In this document: positions 1 through 9,636 of the stretch, piece after piece
How positions within the stretch are numbered: position 1 is the first letter of the stretch
Layout: every line of letters begins with the position of its first letter
NCBI GenBank assembly: GCA_963820435.1
Contig: CAWGAC010000018.1
Span: 257,544-321,543 of the forward strand
DNA: 64,000 nucleotides
Reading direction: 5' to 3'
From: an uncultured Spirochaetota bacterium
GTDB lineage: Bacteria > Spirochaetota > Spirochaetia > SZUA-6 > Fen-1364
Position numbers and translations under genes: made by a program
Notes under the pieces: model-generated
The model's database searches: none
What the model was told of the DNA's origin: nothing
The model's input: the letters and a program-made list of their open reading frames with translations, nothing else

Positions 1-1
1 T

Positions 2-808
2 CGCCTGCGCAGGCTGCCGAAGCCGGTCATCCATGAAAAGGTCCAGGCGGCGCTCAAGCTGGTGCACCTGGAAGGTCACGAAAACAAGTTTCCCACCCAG
101 ATGTCGGGCGGCGAGCAGCAGCGGGTCGCGATTGCCCGGTGCATCGTGCTGGAGCCGCGGCTGCTCATGCTGGACGAGCCATTGTCCAACCTGGATGCCA
201 AGCTCCGCACCGAAATGCGAAACGAGCTCCACACCCTGCACAGGCGTCTGGGAGTGACGACCATCTACGTCACCCACGATCAGCAGGAGGCGCTCGCCCT
301 TTCGGACAGGATCGTTGTCATGCGCCTGGGCCATATCCAGCAGATCGGCGCGCCCGGGCAGGTGTACGCGGACCCGGCGAACCTGTTCGTGGCGGATTTC
401 ATGGGATTCAAGAACATCTGGGACGCCGCGCTCGGGTCCCTGCGTGAGAACGGGGACACACTGGACGCCGAGCTCACGGTGAGGGGCCTGAGGCTCAAGG
501 CGCGCCTGCGCTACCCTCAGGGTGACCCGCGTCGGGACGCGCTCGTTGCCGCGTTCAAGGCAGGCACGGCCGTGAAGACCGCGATCCGTCCTGAGGACAT
601 CAGGGTGGGCAGGGACGAAAGAGGCGCTCCCGTGCGTTCACGGGTCACCCTCGTGGAGTACCAGGGGCAGACCAGCTACGTGAGCGCGCTCATGGAAAAT
701 GAGACGCCGGTGGAGCTGCGGCCGTCGACGCCGGTGCGAATCGGAGAGACGCTCGAGCTGAACATCGCGCCGGAGAAAGTGTTCGTCTTCGCGGCGGGCG
801 AGGGGTAG
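2..808 (+). CDS. ABC importer ATP-binding subunit (PotA/FbpC/MalK-like), 5' end cut off by the window edge
   Basis: The frame is open from nt 2. It carries the ABC signature MSGGEQQRVAIAR, Walker B LLMLDEPLSNLD, H-loop YVTHDQ and a C-terminal TOBE-like domain. Two permease genes follow directly. Confidence 0.9.
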   Translation, partial: RLRRLPKPVIHEKVQAALKLVHLEGHENKFPTQMSGGEQQRVAIARCIVLEPRLLMLDEPLSNLDAKLRTEMRNELHTLHRRLGVTTIYVTHDQQEALALSDRIVVMRLGHIQQIGAPGQVYADPANLFVADFMGFKNIWDAALGSLRENGDTLDAELTVRGLRLKARLRYPQGDPRRDALVAAFKAGTAVKTAIRPEDIRVGRDERGAPVRSRVTLVEYQGQTSYVSALMENETPVELRPSTPVRIGETLELNIAPEKVFVFAAGEG

Positions 809-811
809 GCC

Positions 812-1669
812 ATGCAGAAAGGCTTGAAAGGGGGCGGCATTCTTCTTCTCCTGCCCGCGATCGTGTTCGTCATCCTCCTGTTCGTCTATCCGTTCCTCTA
901 CGGCCTGTATCTCAGCTTCACCAGCCCCGAGGGGGCTCCGACTCTGGCCAACTACGCGCGCTTCTTCACCGACTGGTGGGAGGCCCGGACAATCTGGGTG
1001 ACGCTCTGGATCGCGCTGCCGGCCACCCTCATCAACGTGATCCTCGCGATCCCCTTCGCCTACCACATGCGCCACGGAATGCGCGGAGAAAAGCTCATCA
1101 CCTTCTTCCTGATCATTCCCCTCACGCTGGGGACCGTGCTCGTGTCTGAAGGAATGCTCAGCTACATGGGACCGAACGGGTGGCTCAACCAGCTTCTTCG
1201 CGCGGTCGGCATCACGCAAGGGCCTGTTCGGTTCACGCACAACTACTGGGGAGTGCTGATCTCCCTGGTGATCCAGGGCTTCCCGTTCGCCTTCCTCATG
1301 ATCCTCGGGTACGTGTCGGGCATCAATCCGGACCTGGAAAAGGCCAGCCAGATGCTGGGCGCGTCCCGCGCGCAGACCTTCGTGCGTGTGCTGTTTCCGC
1401 TCATGGTGCCCGGCATCGCCATCTGTTTCTGCCTGAACTTCGTCATGGCGTTCTCCGTGTTTCCGTCCGCCGTGCTCCTGGGAGAGCCGTCCGGCCCCAC
1501 GCGCGTCATCGCGTACGCGGCCTACCAGTGGGCGCTGGAAAAATTCGACTTCAATATCGCTTCCGCCATCTCGATGGTCATGGCGGCAATAGAGCTGTTC
1601 GTCATCTCCGCGGTCCTGGTCTGGCGGAACAGGATCTACCGGGGCGCGTCAATGGTAGGGAAGGGATAA
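812..1669 (+). CDS. ABC transporter permease (binding-protein-dependent inner-membrane component)
   Basis: 285 aa and multi-spanning, with EAA loop LEKASQMLGASRAQTFVRVLFPLMVPG. It starts 3 nt after the ATPase stop. Confidence 0.9.
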   Translation: MQKGLKGGGILLLLPAIVFVILLFVYPFLYGLYLSFTSPEGAPTLANYARFFTDWWEARTIWVTLWIALPATLINVILAIPFAYHMRHGMRGEKLITFFLIIPLTLGTVLVSEGMLSYMGPNGWLNQLLRAVGITQGPVRFTHNYWGVLISLVIQGFPFAFLMILGYVSGINPDLEKASQMLGASRAQTFVRVLFPLMVPGIAICFCLNFVMAFSVFPSAVLLGEPSGPTRVIAYAAYQWALEKFDFNIASAISMVMAAIELFVISAVLVWRNRIYRGASMVGKG

Positions 1670-1720
1670 CCGCATGCAGCAGAAGGGGCTCACACTGGGC
1701 CGGCTGTTTTCTTTCTCGGC

Positions 1721-2491
1721 ATGATCGTCTACGTGGGAAACGTCCTGGGCATACTCTTCACCGTCATGCTCAACTCGGCCTCGAAGGGCTGGTACTCCGG
1801 TGTCGTTCCGCACTACCTGACCTTGGAATGGTACGGCTACGTGGCGGCCGAGCACGACATCCCGCATCTGCTCTTCATCACCTTTCTGGTGGCCCTTTCC
1901 GTCGTGGCCATTTCCATCGTGATCGCCTTCCCCGCCGCTTATGCCCTCAGCCGCCGCGACTTCAAGGGAAAGGGAGCGCTCCTTTCGGTCTTTCTGCTGC
2001 CAATGATCGTGCCTCCCATGACCTATGGCATTCCACTCGCCGTGGTGCTGTACAAGTTCCACCTGGCGGCGCGCGTCACGGGTGTGATCCTGGCGAACCT
2101 CGTTCCCATCGTTCCTTTCATGATCCTCGTCATGATGCCCTTCATCGAGCAGGTGGGGGTCAATCTCGAATCCGCCGCGCAGATGCTCGGCGCGCGGCGG
2201 CTGACCGTTTTTCGCAAGGTCCTCATTCCCCTCACCCTGCCCGGGATCCTGACCGCCGGCATCCTCTCCGTGGTGAAGACGATATCGATGTTCGAGCTGA
2301 CGTATCTCGTGGCGGGCGGAAGGTCGCAGACGATCGTTGTCGCCCTGTATGCCGACGCATATGCGGCGGGCGCGCGGCCGCCCCAGGCGGTGGATGCGCT
2401 TGCCGTGATCTACTTCCTCACTGCCATGGCGTGCCTCGTGGTGGCCCTGAGATTCGTCAGCCCCACGCAGATGGTCTTCAAGATCAAGTAG
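1721..2491 (+). CDS. ABC transporter permease, second subunit (true start probably 1675 with an indel near 1710)
   Basis: The EAA loop is LESAAQMLGARRLTVFRKVLIPLTLPG. There is no SD before 1721. An ATG at 1675 (MQQKGLTLGRLFSF..) reads into a stop overlapping 1721 in another frame, which suggests a 1-nt indel. Confidence 0.85.
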   Translation: MIVYVGNVLGILFTVMLNSASKGWYSGVVPHYLTLEWYGYVAAEHDIPHLLFITFLVALSVVAISIVIAFPAAYALSRRDFKGKGALLSVFLLPMIVPPMTYGIPLAVVLYKFHLAARVTGVILANLVPIVPFMILVMMPFIEQVGVNLESAAQMLGARRLTVFRKVLIPLTLPGILTAGILSVVKTISMFELTYLVAGGRSQTIVVALYADAYAAGARPPQAVDALAVIYFLTAMACLVVALRFVSPTQMVFKIK

Positions 2492-2496
2492 GAGGC

Positions 2497-2919
2497 ATGA
2501 TGAGCGCGGACATGGGAGACATTACGGGAACAAAGGCGCGGCCGTGGGTCTTGCACACTCCCGGTGGCGTATCGGGGTTCAGAGCGTACAGGGACCCCAT
2601 GCGGGATCCGCCGGCAATCGTGGTGAAGGCGGGGGGAACCGAGCTCAGCTATCACCTGCGCTGCCTGAACGATCTGGATGAAATGTTGAAAGCCCATGGT
2701 GACTGGATGCCGCTGGGAATCGCGGAAGAACAGGCGCCGGCCGCCGAAGGCACGGTCGAAGCCTGGGCCCGCTCACCGAAGAACCCCGTCAAAGGCTGGT
2801 ATGGCCTGAAAAAAGGGCTGCGGGGCCGGTTCGCCGCGTACATACCGCCCATCATGGCGGCGCTCAACCTGGCGGAGATCGAGGACGACCCGAAGAAACC
2901 CCGCATGCGGGCAGTATGA
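2497..2919 (+). CDS. small conserved hypothetical protein (140 aa, soluble)
   Basis: SD aggagg lies just upstream and the start is 6 nt after the permease stop. This is only the last 140 codons of the spurious 579-aa ORF 1180..2919. The sequence MSADMGDITGTKARPWVLHTPGG...GWYGLKKGLRGRFAAYIPPIMAAL resembles small hypotheticals I recall from proteobacteria, but I cannot name the family with certainty. Confidence 0.6.
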   Translation: MMSADMGDITGTKARPWVLHTPGGVSGFRAYRDPMRDPPAIVVKAGGTELSYHLRCLNDLDEMLKAHGDWMPLGIAEEQAPAAEGTVEAWARSPKNPVKGWYGLKKGLRGRFAAYIPPIMAALNLAEIEDDPKKPRMRAV

Positions 2920-3050
2920 AGGCACTGCCGCGCGGGACGGTCATTTCTCGTAGATATTCAGTATCATAAACTATTTATTTTGTGTATATTACGCACCATA
3001 AGGCATCGGGGCTCCGCGCACCTGCGAAGGAGCCGGGCCCGGGGGGAATA

Positions 3051-3515
3051 ATGACCAAAGACGCCGCGGGATACGGAGAGTTTTTCAACGCGCAGAACGA
3101 GATCAACTCACTGGCCATTCACATGCTGGAGGGAATGCTGGGTGAAGAAGGCATCACCCCGCCGCAGTTCTTTACTCTCAGAACCCTGAAAGACCAGGGA
3201 CAGATGTGCAAAATGTCCGATCTCGCGGCAATGAGATTGCTGACACCCGCGGGGGCGACGGGGATCGTCGATAAGCTGATCCACCTCGAGCTGGTGGAGC
3301 GGAAATTCGATGAGAGTGACAGGCGGGTCGTCCTGCTGGCGCTCACCGACCGCGGAGCCGCGACGCTCTCCGGAATGGAACGCAAGATGGAGGCAATGAT
3401 GAGACGGTTTTTCGACGGCATTTCCGCCGGCGACCGGGCGACGTTCCTGCGCATCATCAGGAAATTCAAGGGCTTCCTGAAGGAAGAATTAGGCGCCCAC
3501 AAGGGGAAGTCATGA
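3051..3515 (+). CDS. MarR-family transcriptional regulator
   Basis: The winged-helix pattern is ..LTPAGATGIVDKLIHLELVERKFDESDRRVVLLALTDRGA.. An AT-rich stretch at 2950-3000 upstream is a likely promoter/operator. The stop overlaps the next start (ATGA at 3512-3515). Confidence 0.85.
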   Translation: MTKDAAGYGEFFNAQNEINSLAIHMLEGMLGEEGITPPQFFTLRTLKDQGQMCKMSDLAAMRLLTPAGATGIVDKLIHLELVERKFDESDRRVVLLALTDRGAATLSGMERKMEAMMRRFFDGISAGDRATFLRIIRKFKGFLKEELGAHKGKS

Positions 3516-4994
3516 GAGCGCAACGAATGCCACTGAGTACAGTGGCGGCACGAATGCCACTGAGTACAGTGGCGGCACTATCGGTCATCGTGCTTGCCAC
3601 GGCTCTTTTCCCGCTGGTCCCGGCCTCGGCGCAGGAGTCCACGGTCACGCTTTCCCTCGCCCAGAGTGTTGATGCCGCGCTCGCGCAGGGGGCCGACAGC
3701 ATTGTTCTGCAGAGGAACCTCGATATCGGCAGGGAGCAGTACCGGCTCAGCGTCTCCCAGAACTCCTTCACTCTCCGAGGGTCCCTTGGAGAGAGCGCGA
3801 CGTACGGCTTCGGCAATTCCGGACTGCTCGCCGGCAGCTCTCTCCCGTCGGGTTTCGCCCAGACTCCCCAGGCCGGTCTCTCGCTCGCCGCGCCGCTGAC
3901 AAGCGTCGCACTCAGCGTATCCCCGTACGTCGCGGAGAGCCCTCTGGCCGCCGCCCTTCCCTCCTTTTCATCGTTCCTGCCGTCCGGTCCCACGAGCAAT
4001 GTCGGCCTCAGCCTGAGCCAGACCTTGTGGAGCGGCTACCCGGGAGGCACGGCCCGCGCCGCGATGGAAAAGAGCCTCCTTGCCCTGCGCGGAAGGGAGC
4101 TTTCCTCCGCGTCCGGGCAGGTTGAACATCGTCTCTACGCTGACCCAGACCTACTTCGTGATGCTCGGGTCCCAGCGGAACCTGTCCGTGAAAAAGCAGA
4201 TTCTCGCGCAGCAGGAGGCCCTGAAGGCGCAGATAAGCGCGATCCATGAGCTCAGGCAGGCAAGCGATGTGGACCTGAGAAGCGCGCAGATCAATGCGGA
4301 GAGCGCGGCGATCGACGTGCGGAGCGCGGAGAATGACCTTCGCATCGCCCGGATCAGGCTGGCGCAGCTTATCGGCTGGCCGCGTGACAGGGAGTTTGCC
4401 GTTGCCGAAGAGGACGTGCGGAACATTCCGGCAGGAAGCGTGGAGGAGGCCGTGGCGGAGGCGCTGAAGCGGAGAACGGAAATCCGGCAGATCGAGCTTA
4501 ACCGACAGTCCGCCGCAGTGGATCGCGCGCTCATTGAGGGGCAGACGTCACCCACGGTCAGCGTGAGCGGGGGCATAAGCCTCATCCTCGGCTGGCAGGG
4601 AGACACCGCGGGCCAGGGCAGCGCCGGTGTGACGATCGGGCTTCCTATTCTCGATGCCGGGGCCTCCGCTCACCAGCGGGAAGCCAATCGAATCCAGGAC
4701 CAGATCTACGGCGTCCAGGAGGCGCAGCTGCGCGCCGGCATCGCGACCGATGTCGAGCAGGCATACGCGCTTATGCAGATCAACCTGGAAAGGCTCGAGG
4801 TCGCGAAGCTCACCGCGGAAAAGTTCGACCTCAAATTCAAGCTCAAGAAGACCGAAGCGCAATACGGGGCGGCGACGAACCAGGACCTGCTGGACGCATC
4901 CGTCGATACCGCCAACGCGCAGTCCGCCCTGGCCGGAGCGCAGAGGGACGCCCAGCTTGCCGTCCTGCAGCTGAGCAACGCCATTGGATATTAG
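3512..4994 (+). CDS. TolC-family outer-membrane efflux protein, frame broken once near 4112
   Basis: The N-terminal half is in the frame of ORF 3512..4249 (..LSLSQTLWSGYPGGTARAAMEKSLLALRG..). The rest is in the frame of ORF 4080..4994 (LNIVSTLTQTYFVMLGSQRNLSVKKQIL...). It has TolC-like coiled-coil repeats and the shift lies in ccggg. Confidence 0.85.
3524..3577 (+). repeat. perfect 2 x 27-bp tandem duplication inside the TolC-like signal peptide
   Basis: cgaatgccactgagtacagtggcggca occurs at 3524-3550 and again at 3551-3577. It is in frame and duplicates (R)MPLSTVAA. Confidence 0.95.
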
Positions 4995-5004
4995 GAGAAA
5001 CGCG

Positions 5005-6271
5005 ATGAAAAGACTTTCGAGGCTGGTGTGCACAGGCATAGGTCTCTCTGCTCTGGCGCTCATTCTGGCCGCGACGGGCTGCGCGCCGAAACAAAAATCG
5101 GCCGACCCTTCCGGCGGCGCCGCCCGCACCGCGCGCGGGCCCGGCGTGGCGGAGATCGCGGTCCAGGCAGTGCCGGTAGTGGTCGCTCCGCTGGTGGTGG
5201 AGCGCCAGACATCCGGCACGGTAAAACCCGTCATGCAGAGCCAGGTCGTCGGACAGGTGGGCGGCGTCGTGGCAAGCGTATTGAGGAAAGCCGGTGACCG
5301 GGTTGACAAGGGAGACGTCGTCATTCAGCTCGATGACGCCCAGTACCGGCTTTCCGTGAAGACCGCCCAGGCCTCCCTGGATGCGGCGAATATCAATCTT
5401 GCCACCGGACAGGACACGACGGCGCAGGCGAGCCCCAAGCTGGACCTGCAGGTCCGCGCGGCGGAATCCGCGGTGTCGGTGGCGCAGCGGAATTATGACG
5501 CTCGCAAGGCCCTGTTCGACCTGGGAGGCGCCACTGGCTCCGACCTGGACAGTGCGAAGAGCGATCTGGACATGGCGCAGGCAAACCTCGAGGCTGCCCG
5601 GACGGCTCTGGATCAGAATCAGAAGGCACCGACCCAGAATATCGCGCAGCTGAAGCTTGCCGTGGAGCAGGCGGACTTCGCGCTCCAGCAGGCCCAGCTC
5701 AACCTTCAGCACGCTTCCATCAAGGCCCCCTACGCGGGACGACTCGTCACGGTGAATGTCATGACCGGCGAGTTTGTCTCTCCGAACGCGCCGGCCTTCG
5801 TCATCGCCAGCCAGGATCGCGAAGTGGATTTCAACGTGCCCCCCGCGGACGCGGCGAGCCTGCCCGTGGGAGCGCCCGGTGACCTTTACCCTGAACGGAA
5901 CGCGTCACTCGCTGAGGGTGAGCCAGGCGCCCGAAGTGCCCGTCAATGGAGTGGTCCCCCTGGTGGCAGCGGTCCCCGGCTCCCTTCCGATCCCCTTTGG
6001 GGCCATCGGCACCCTGAGCTATTCAATGACCCTTGCCCGGGGAGCCCAGGTCCCGACCGGCGCCCTCCAGACGAACGAAAACCAGAACTTCGTGTACGTA
6101 GTCGAAGGGGGAAAGGCATTCGGGCGGAATATCACGGTCCTGGCGGAAAGCGGGAGCACCGCTGCCGTGACAGGGGTGAGCGCGGGCAGCCTGGTCGTGG
6201 TGAATCCGCCGCCGGGGCTCCTGGACGGGTCCACCGTGAAAACCCTGCCTCTTGCCGAAGGAACCAAATGA
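5005..6271 (+). CDS. RND efflux periplasmic adaptor (HlyD/MFP family) lipoprotein, frame broken once near 5880
   Basis: SD aggag, lipobox LAATGC, and a biotinyl-like hairpin and coiled coil in the frame of ORF 4984. The C-terminal beta-barrel part (VTFTLNGTRHSLRV...VVVNPPPGLLDGSTV) is in the frame of ORF 5774..6271. The stop overlaps the RND start. Confidence 0.85.
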
Positions 6272-9200
6272 AAACCACGCGTGACTTCCAGGCCCGGATA
6301 TTCAACAGGATCAATCCCGCGGTCCGTTTTTCCGTGACCCGCTACGTGTTCGCCATCGGCGTGTTCGTCGCCATTTTCGCCTTCGGCGCGATATCGCTCT
6401 TCAACATAGGGGTCGACCAGTTTCCCTCAATCAACTTCCCCTTCGTCGTGGTCACGACCGCCTACCCGGGAGCCTCGCCGAGCGTCATCGATCAGCAGGT
6501 CACGCAGGTGATCGAGAACGCCGTCTCCACTCTGAGTGGAATCACGGACTTGAACTCCACGAGCTCCACGGGGGCAAGCCAGGTGACCATCAGCTTCGAC
6601 CAGTCCACCGACCAGGCGAGCGACGTGAACCAGGTTGCGTCCCTTGTGTCAGCGGCGGCCCGAAGGCTTCCGCAGGGGGTGAATGCGCCCATCGTGCAGA
6701 CGTTCAACCCCAGCGCCATCCCCGTTGTGCAGTTCGGAGTATCGGGAGCGGGGGCGAGCCTCGGGGAGGTCAGCACCTACGTGACCGACGAGCTCACGCC
6801 TCAGCTCGAACGGGTATCCGGCGTGGCCAATATCCAGGTGGACGGAGGGCCGTCACGCCAGTTCCAGGTCCTGCTGAATCCGGACCGGCTGCAGTATTTC
6901 GATCTGGCCCCGCAGATCGTCGTCGGCGCCATCTCGGCATCCGCCATCAACCAACCGATCGGGACCATCAACAGCCACAACAACGCCCTTACGTTTGCAA
7001 CGGAAAACGTTCCCGCGGACACGGAGAAGATAGCGAATACGCTCGTGGACCCTGCCCGGGGCATCCGGGTGAGCGATATCGCGACCGTGCGGGACCTGCC
7101 CGTCTCGACGAACTACGCGCGCGTGAATGGGAAACCCGTCGTTCTGGTTTCCATCCAGAAAACCGCGACCTCCAACACGGTCGCTGTCGTGCGGAACGTG
7201 CGAAGCCTTTTGAATGAAACGAAGCTTCCGGCGGGATATGAAATCAACTACAGCAACGACACGACCGCGCCCATCCAGGCGTCCCTCAACTCGACCTATC
7301 GTGAGATCCTCCTGACCGCGATCGTCGTGGCCCTGATCGTTCTGCTTTTCCTCGGCAGGCTCAACACGGCCTTTTCGGTGATCCTTGCCGTCCCCATCGC
7401 CCTGTCGGCTGCGCCGGTGCTTTTCAATCTCGCCGGCTTCACCCTCAATCTCGTCTCGATGCTCGCCATGATCGTGGCCATCGGGATCGTGGTCGACGAC
7501 TCGATCGTCGTGGCGGAGAATGTCGAACGCTACCGCGTCATGGGATTCGACCAGAAGGAATCAGTGCTCAAGGGAGCGAGCGAGATCTTCAGCGCCGTCG
7601 TGGCCGCCACCCTTTCTCTGCTTTCGGTCCTAATCCCCGTGAGCTTCATCGGTGGAATCATCGGGGATTTCATCAGGCAATTCGCCCTGGGTCTCGCCGC
7701 CGCGGTCGCGTTTTCACTCCTGGAAGCGGTCCTCTTTCTCACCGTGCGTCTCGCGTACACGCCGGAATCGAACCGGACGCTCGACTGGCGCGATTTCGCG
7801 CACAGCTTCGGGAAGCTGGGAGATTCCATGCGCTGGGGCCTTGCCGCGTGGAGAAAAGCCGGGGGCATCATCGTCGCACTCGCCGCAATCATCATTCTCC
7901 TCGCCACCCGCCGCTTCACTGTCCTGCCCGCAATGCTCCTCTATCCCTTCATCCTGGGCGTCCTGCATTACCTGGGGCGGCTCCTCCTGAGCTTCTTTCA
8001 GGCCCTGACCACGACGCTGCACGCCGGGACGGAGGCGGTGCTGGAGTGGGTGCGCGAGGGCTACGCGAAATCCCTTGTCGGGCTCCTCGAGCGCAGTGTC
8101 CTCGTGCTGGTCGTGACCGCAGGCGCCCTTGTCGCCATCGCCGTCCTCCTGCTGCCCAGAATCACCTTCAGTTTCGCCCCCCAGAGCGACAATGGCTCGA
8201 TGACGATCAATCTCGTCATGCACACAGGCACCACCCTGCCGTCGACAAACGCCACGACGGGAAGGCTGGAGGCGTATCTCCTGGGACAGCCCGAGGTGAC
8301 GACCGTCCAGACGGTGGTCGGCAGCGTGGGCATTTTCACCGTCGGCGTGAGCCGGCCCGAGAATACCACGATGATCGTCCGGCTCGTGCCCCTGGCCCGC
8401 AGGATCGGTCTGTTCGATCTCATGGAGAAGTACCGCCGCGAAATGGGCAGCCTCCTTTTCCAGGATGACCCCTCTGCCACGCTCAGCGTAAGCGCGGGGG
8501 GAGGCCCGGCAGGACAGGGCTCCACTCTCACTCTGAGCCTCCTGTCTTCAAACCAGGATCTTCTTGCGGAGAGGAACACGAAGATCCTTCAGGTGGTGAA
8601 GGGGAATCCCTACGTGCTCGGTGCCACGTCCAGCAGCTCGAGCGTGACCATCGAGCGGGACTTCAAGCCGAGCGAATCGCAGATGGAAGGGACCGGCATC
8701 AATCCCAGCGCGGTCGCGAGCCTTCTTCAGACCTATACCTCGGGAACACAGGCGGGCAGCTCGCAGATCGGCGGACAAAGCTATCCCATAATGGTCCAGA
8801 TCGATCCCACGTATCTTGCCGACGGGCAATCCCTCATGAACCTGCCCATCTACTCGGCGGCACAGCGCGCCAAGCTGCAGGTGGGCCAGCTGGGCAGCCT
8901 CGTCATCCGACAGTCGCCCATTACGGTCACGCGCTACAACCGCCTCTACACCTCCAGCCTTTCCATCAACCTCGCGAAGAACGCCCCTCCGGCCCTCGCC
9001 CTCGAGAACACGCTGGCCGCCGAGCTCACCCGGCAGGGACTCCTGGACAGCAGCGTCACGCTGGGCTCGGGCGGATCGTTCTCACCTGCCGCGCTGGCGA
9101 GGCAGCTTGCCCGGACCGGCATCACCGCGTTCCTCCTCGCGCTGTTCCTCGCGTATCTCGTAATGGCCGCCCAGTTCAACTCATGGCGCTATCCGATCTA

Positions 9201-9636
9201 CCTTCTCCTGCCCGTACCCCTTGCCATTGTCGGCGCCCTGCTCTTCGTCGCTCTCCTGGGCGGCGGGCTGGACACGTTCGGGCTCCTCGGCATGCTCCTT
9301 CTTATCGGTCTCTCGGCGAAAAACGCGATCCTGTACCTCGACTTCGTCGTCGAGCGCCTCGGCAAGATGCCGTTGAAGGAAGCCCTGATCGATTCTGCGC
9401 GGCTGCGCTTCCGCCCGATCGTGATGACGACACTGACGGTTCTCGTGATCGCGGGCCCCCTGGTGTTCGGCCGCGGAGAAGGATCGGAGTTCGGCCAGAG
9501 GCTCGGCGTGGTGATGTTCGGCGGGATCCTGACCTCCGCGGTCCTTACCTTCTTCGTGGTCCCCGCCGCGTTTTTCCTTTTCGAGCGCAAGCGGTCGTTG
9601 ACACGCGATTCCGCGCTCACGAAGATTCAGCCATGA
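6268..9636 (+). CDS. RND (AcrB/HAE1-type) inner-membrane efflux transporter, intact
   Basis: 1122 aa starting MKTTRDFQARIFNRINPAVRFSVTRYVFAIG.. with 12-TM architecture and two large periplasmic loops. It forms the 3' part of the artificial 1550-aa ORF 4984..9636. Confidence 0.9.
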   Translation: MKTTRDFQARIFNRINPAVRFSVTRYVFAIGVFVAIFAFGAISLFNIGVDQFPSINFPFVVVTTAYPGASPSVIDQQVTQVIENAVSTLSGITDLNSTSSTGASQVTISFDQSTDQASDVNQVASLVSAAARRLPQGVNAPIVQTFNPSAIPVVQFGVSGAGASLGEVSTYVTDELTPQLERVSGVANIQVDGGPSRQFQVLLNPDRLQYFDLAPQIVVGAISASAINQPIGTINSHNNALTFATENVPADTEKIANTLVDPARGIRVSDIATVRDLPVSTNYARVNGKPVVLVSIQKTATSNTVAVVRNVRSLLNETKLPAGYEINYSNDTTAPIQASLNSTYREILLTAIVVALIVLLFLGRLNTAFSVILAVPIALSAAPVLFNLAGFTLNLVSMLAMIVAIGIVVDDSIVVAENVERYRVMGFDQKESVLKGASEIFSAVVAATLSLLSVLIPVSFIGGIIGDFIRQFALGLAAAVAFSLLEAVLFLTVRLAYTPESNRTLDWRDFAHSFGKLGDSMRWGLAAWRKAGGIIVALAAIIILLATRRFTVLPAMLLYPFILGVLHYLGRLLLSFFQALTTTLHAGTEAVLEWVREGYAKSLVGLLERSVLVLVVTAGALVAIAVLLLPRITFSFAPQSDNGSMTINLVMHTGTTLPSTNATTGRLEAYLLGQPEVTTVQTVVGSVGIFTVGVSRPENTTMIVRLVPLARRIGLFDLMEKYRREMGSLLFQDDPSATLSVSAGGGPAGQGSTLTLSLLSSNQDLLAERNTKILQVVKGNPYVLGATSSSSSVTIERDFKPSESQMEGTGINPSAVASLLQTYTSGTQAGSSQIGGQSYPIMVQIDPTYLADGQSLMNLPIYSAAQRAKLQVGQLGSLVIRQSPITVTRYNRLYTSSLSINLAKNAPPALALENTLAAELTRQGLLDSSVTLGSGGSFSPAALARQLARTGITAFLLALFLAYLVMAAQFNSWRYPIYLLLPVPLAIVGALLFVALLGGGLDTFGLLGMLLLIGLSAKNAILYLDFVVERLGKMPLKEALIDSARLRFRPIVMTTLTVLVIAGPLVFGRGEGSEFGQRLGVVMFGGILTSAVLTFFVVPAAFFLFERKRSLTRDSALTKIQP

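Noticed and set aside
1180-2919. 579-aa ORF overlapping both ABC permease genes
   Set aside because: It is out of frame with two well-supported permeases and is Arg/Gly/Pro-rich nonsense for about 440 codons. Only its last 140 codons (2497-2919), which have their own SD, look like a real gene.
4984-9636. 1550-aa ORF that looks like an adaptor-RND fusion protein
   Set aside because: The middle ~130 residues (..DLYPERNASLAEGEPGARSARQW..RRNQ) are not protein-like. The adaptor's real C-terminus is in another frame (ORF 5774..6271) and ends with an ATGA overlap at the RND start, 6268. The fusion is a by-product of one frameshift plus stop-poor GC-rich sequence.
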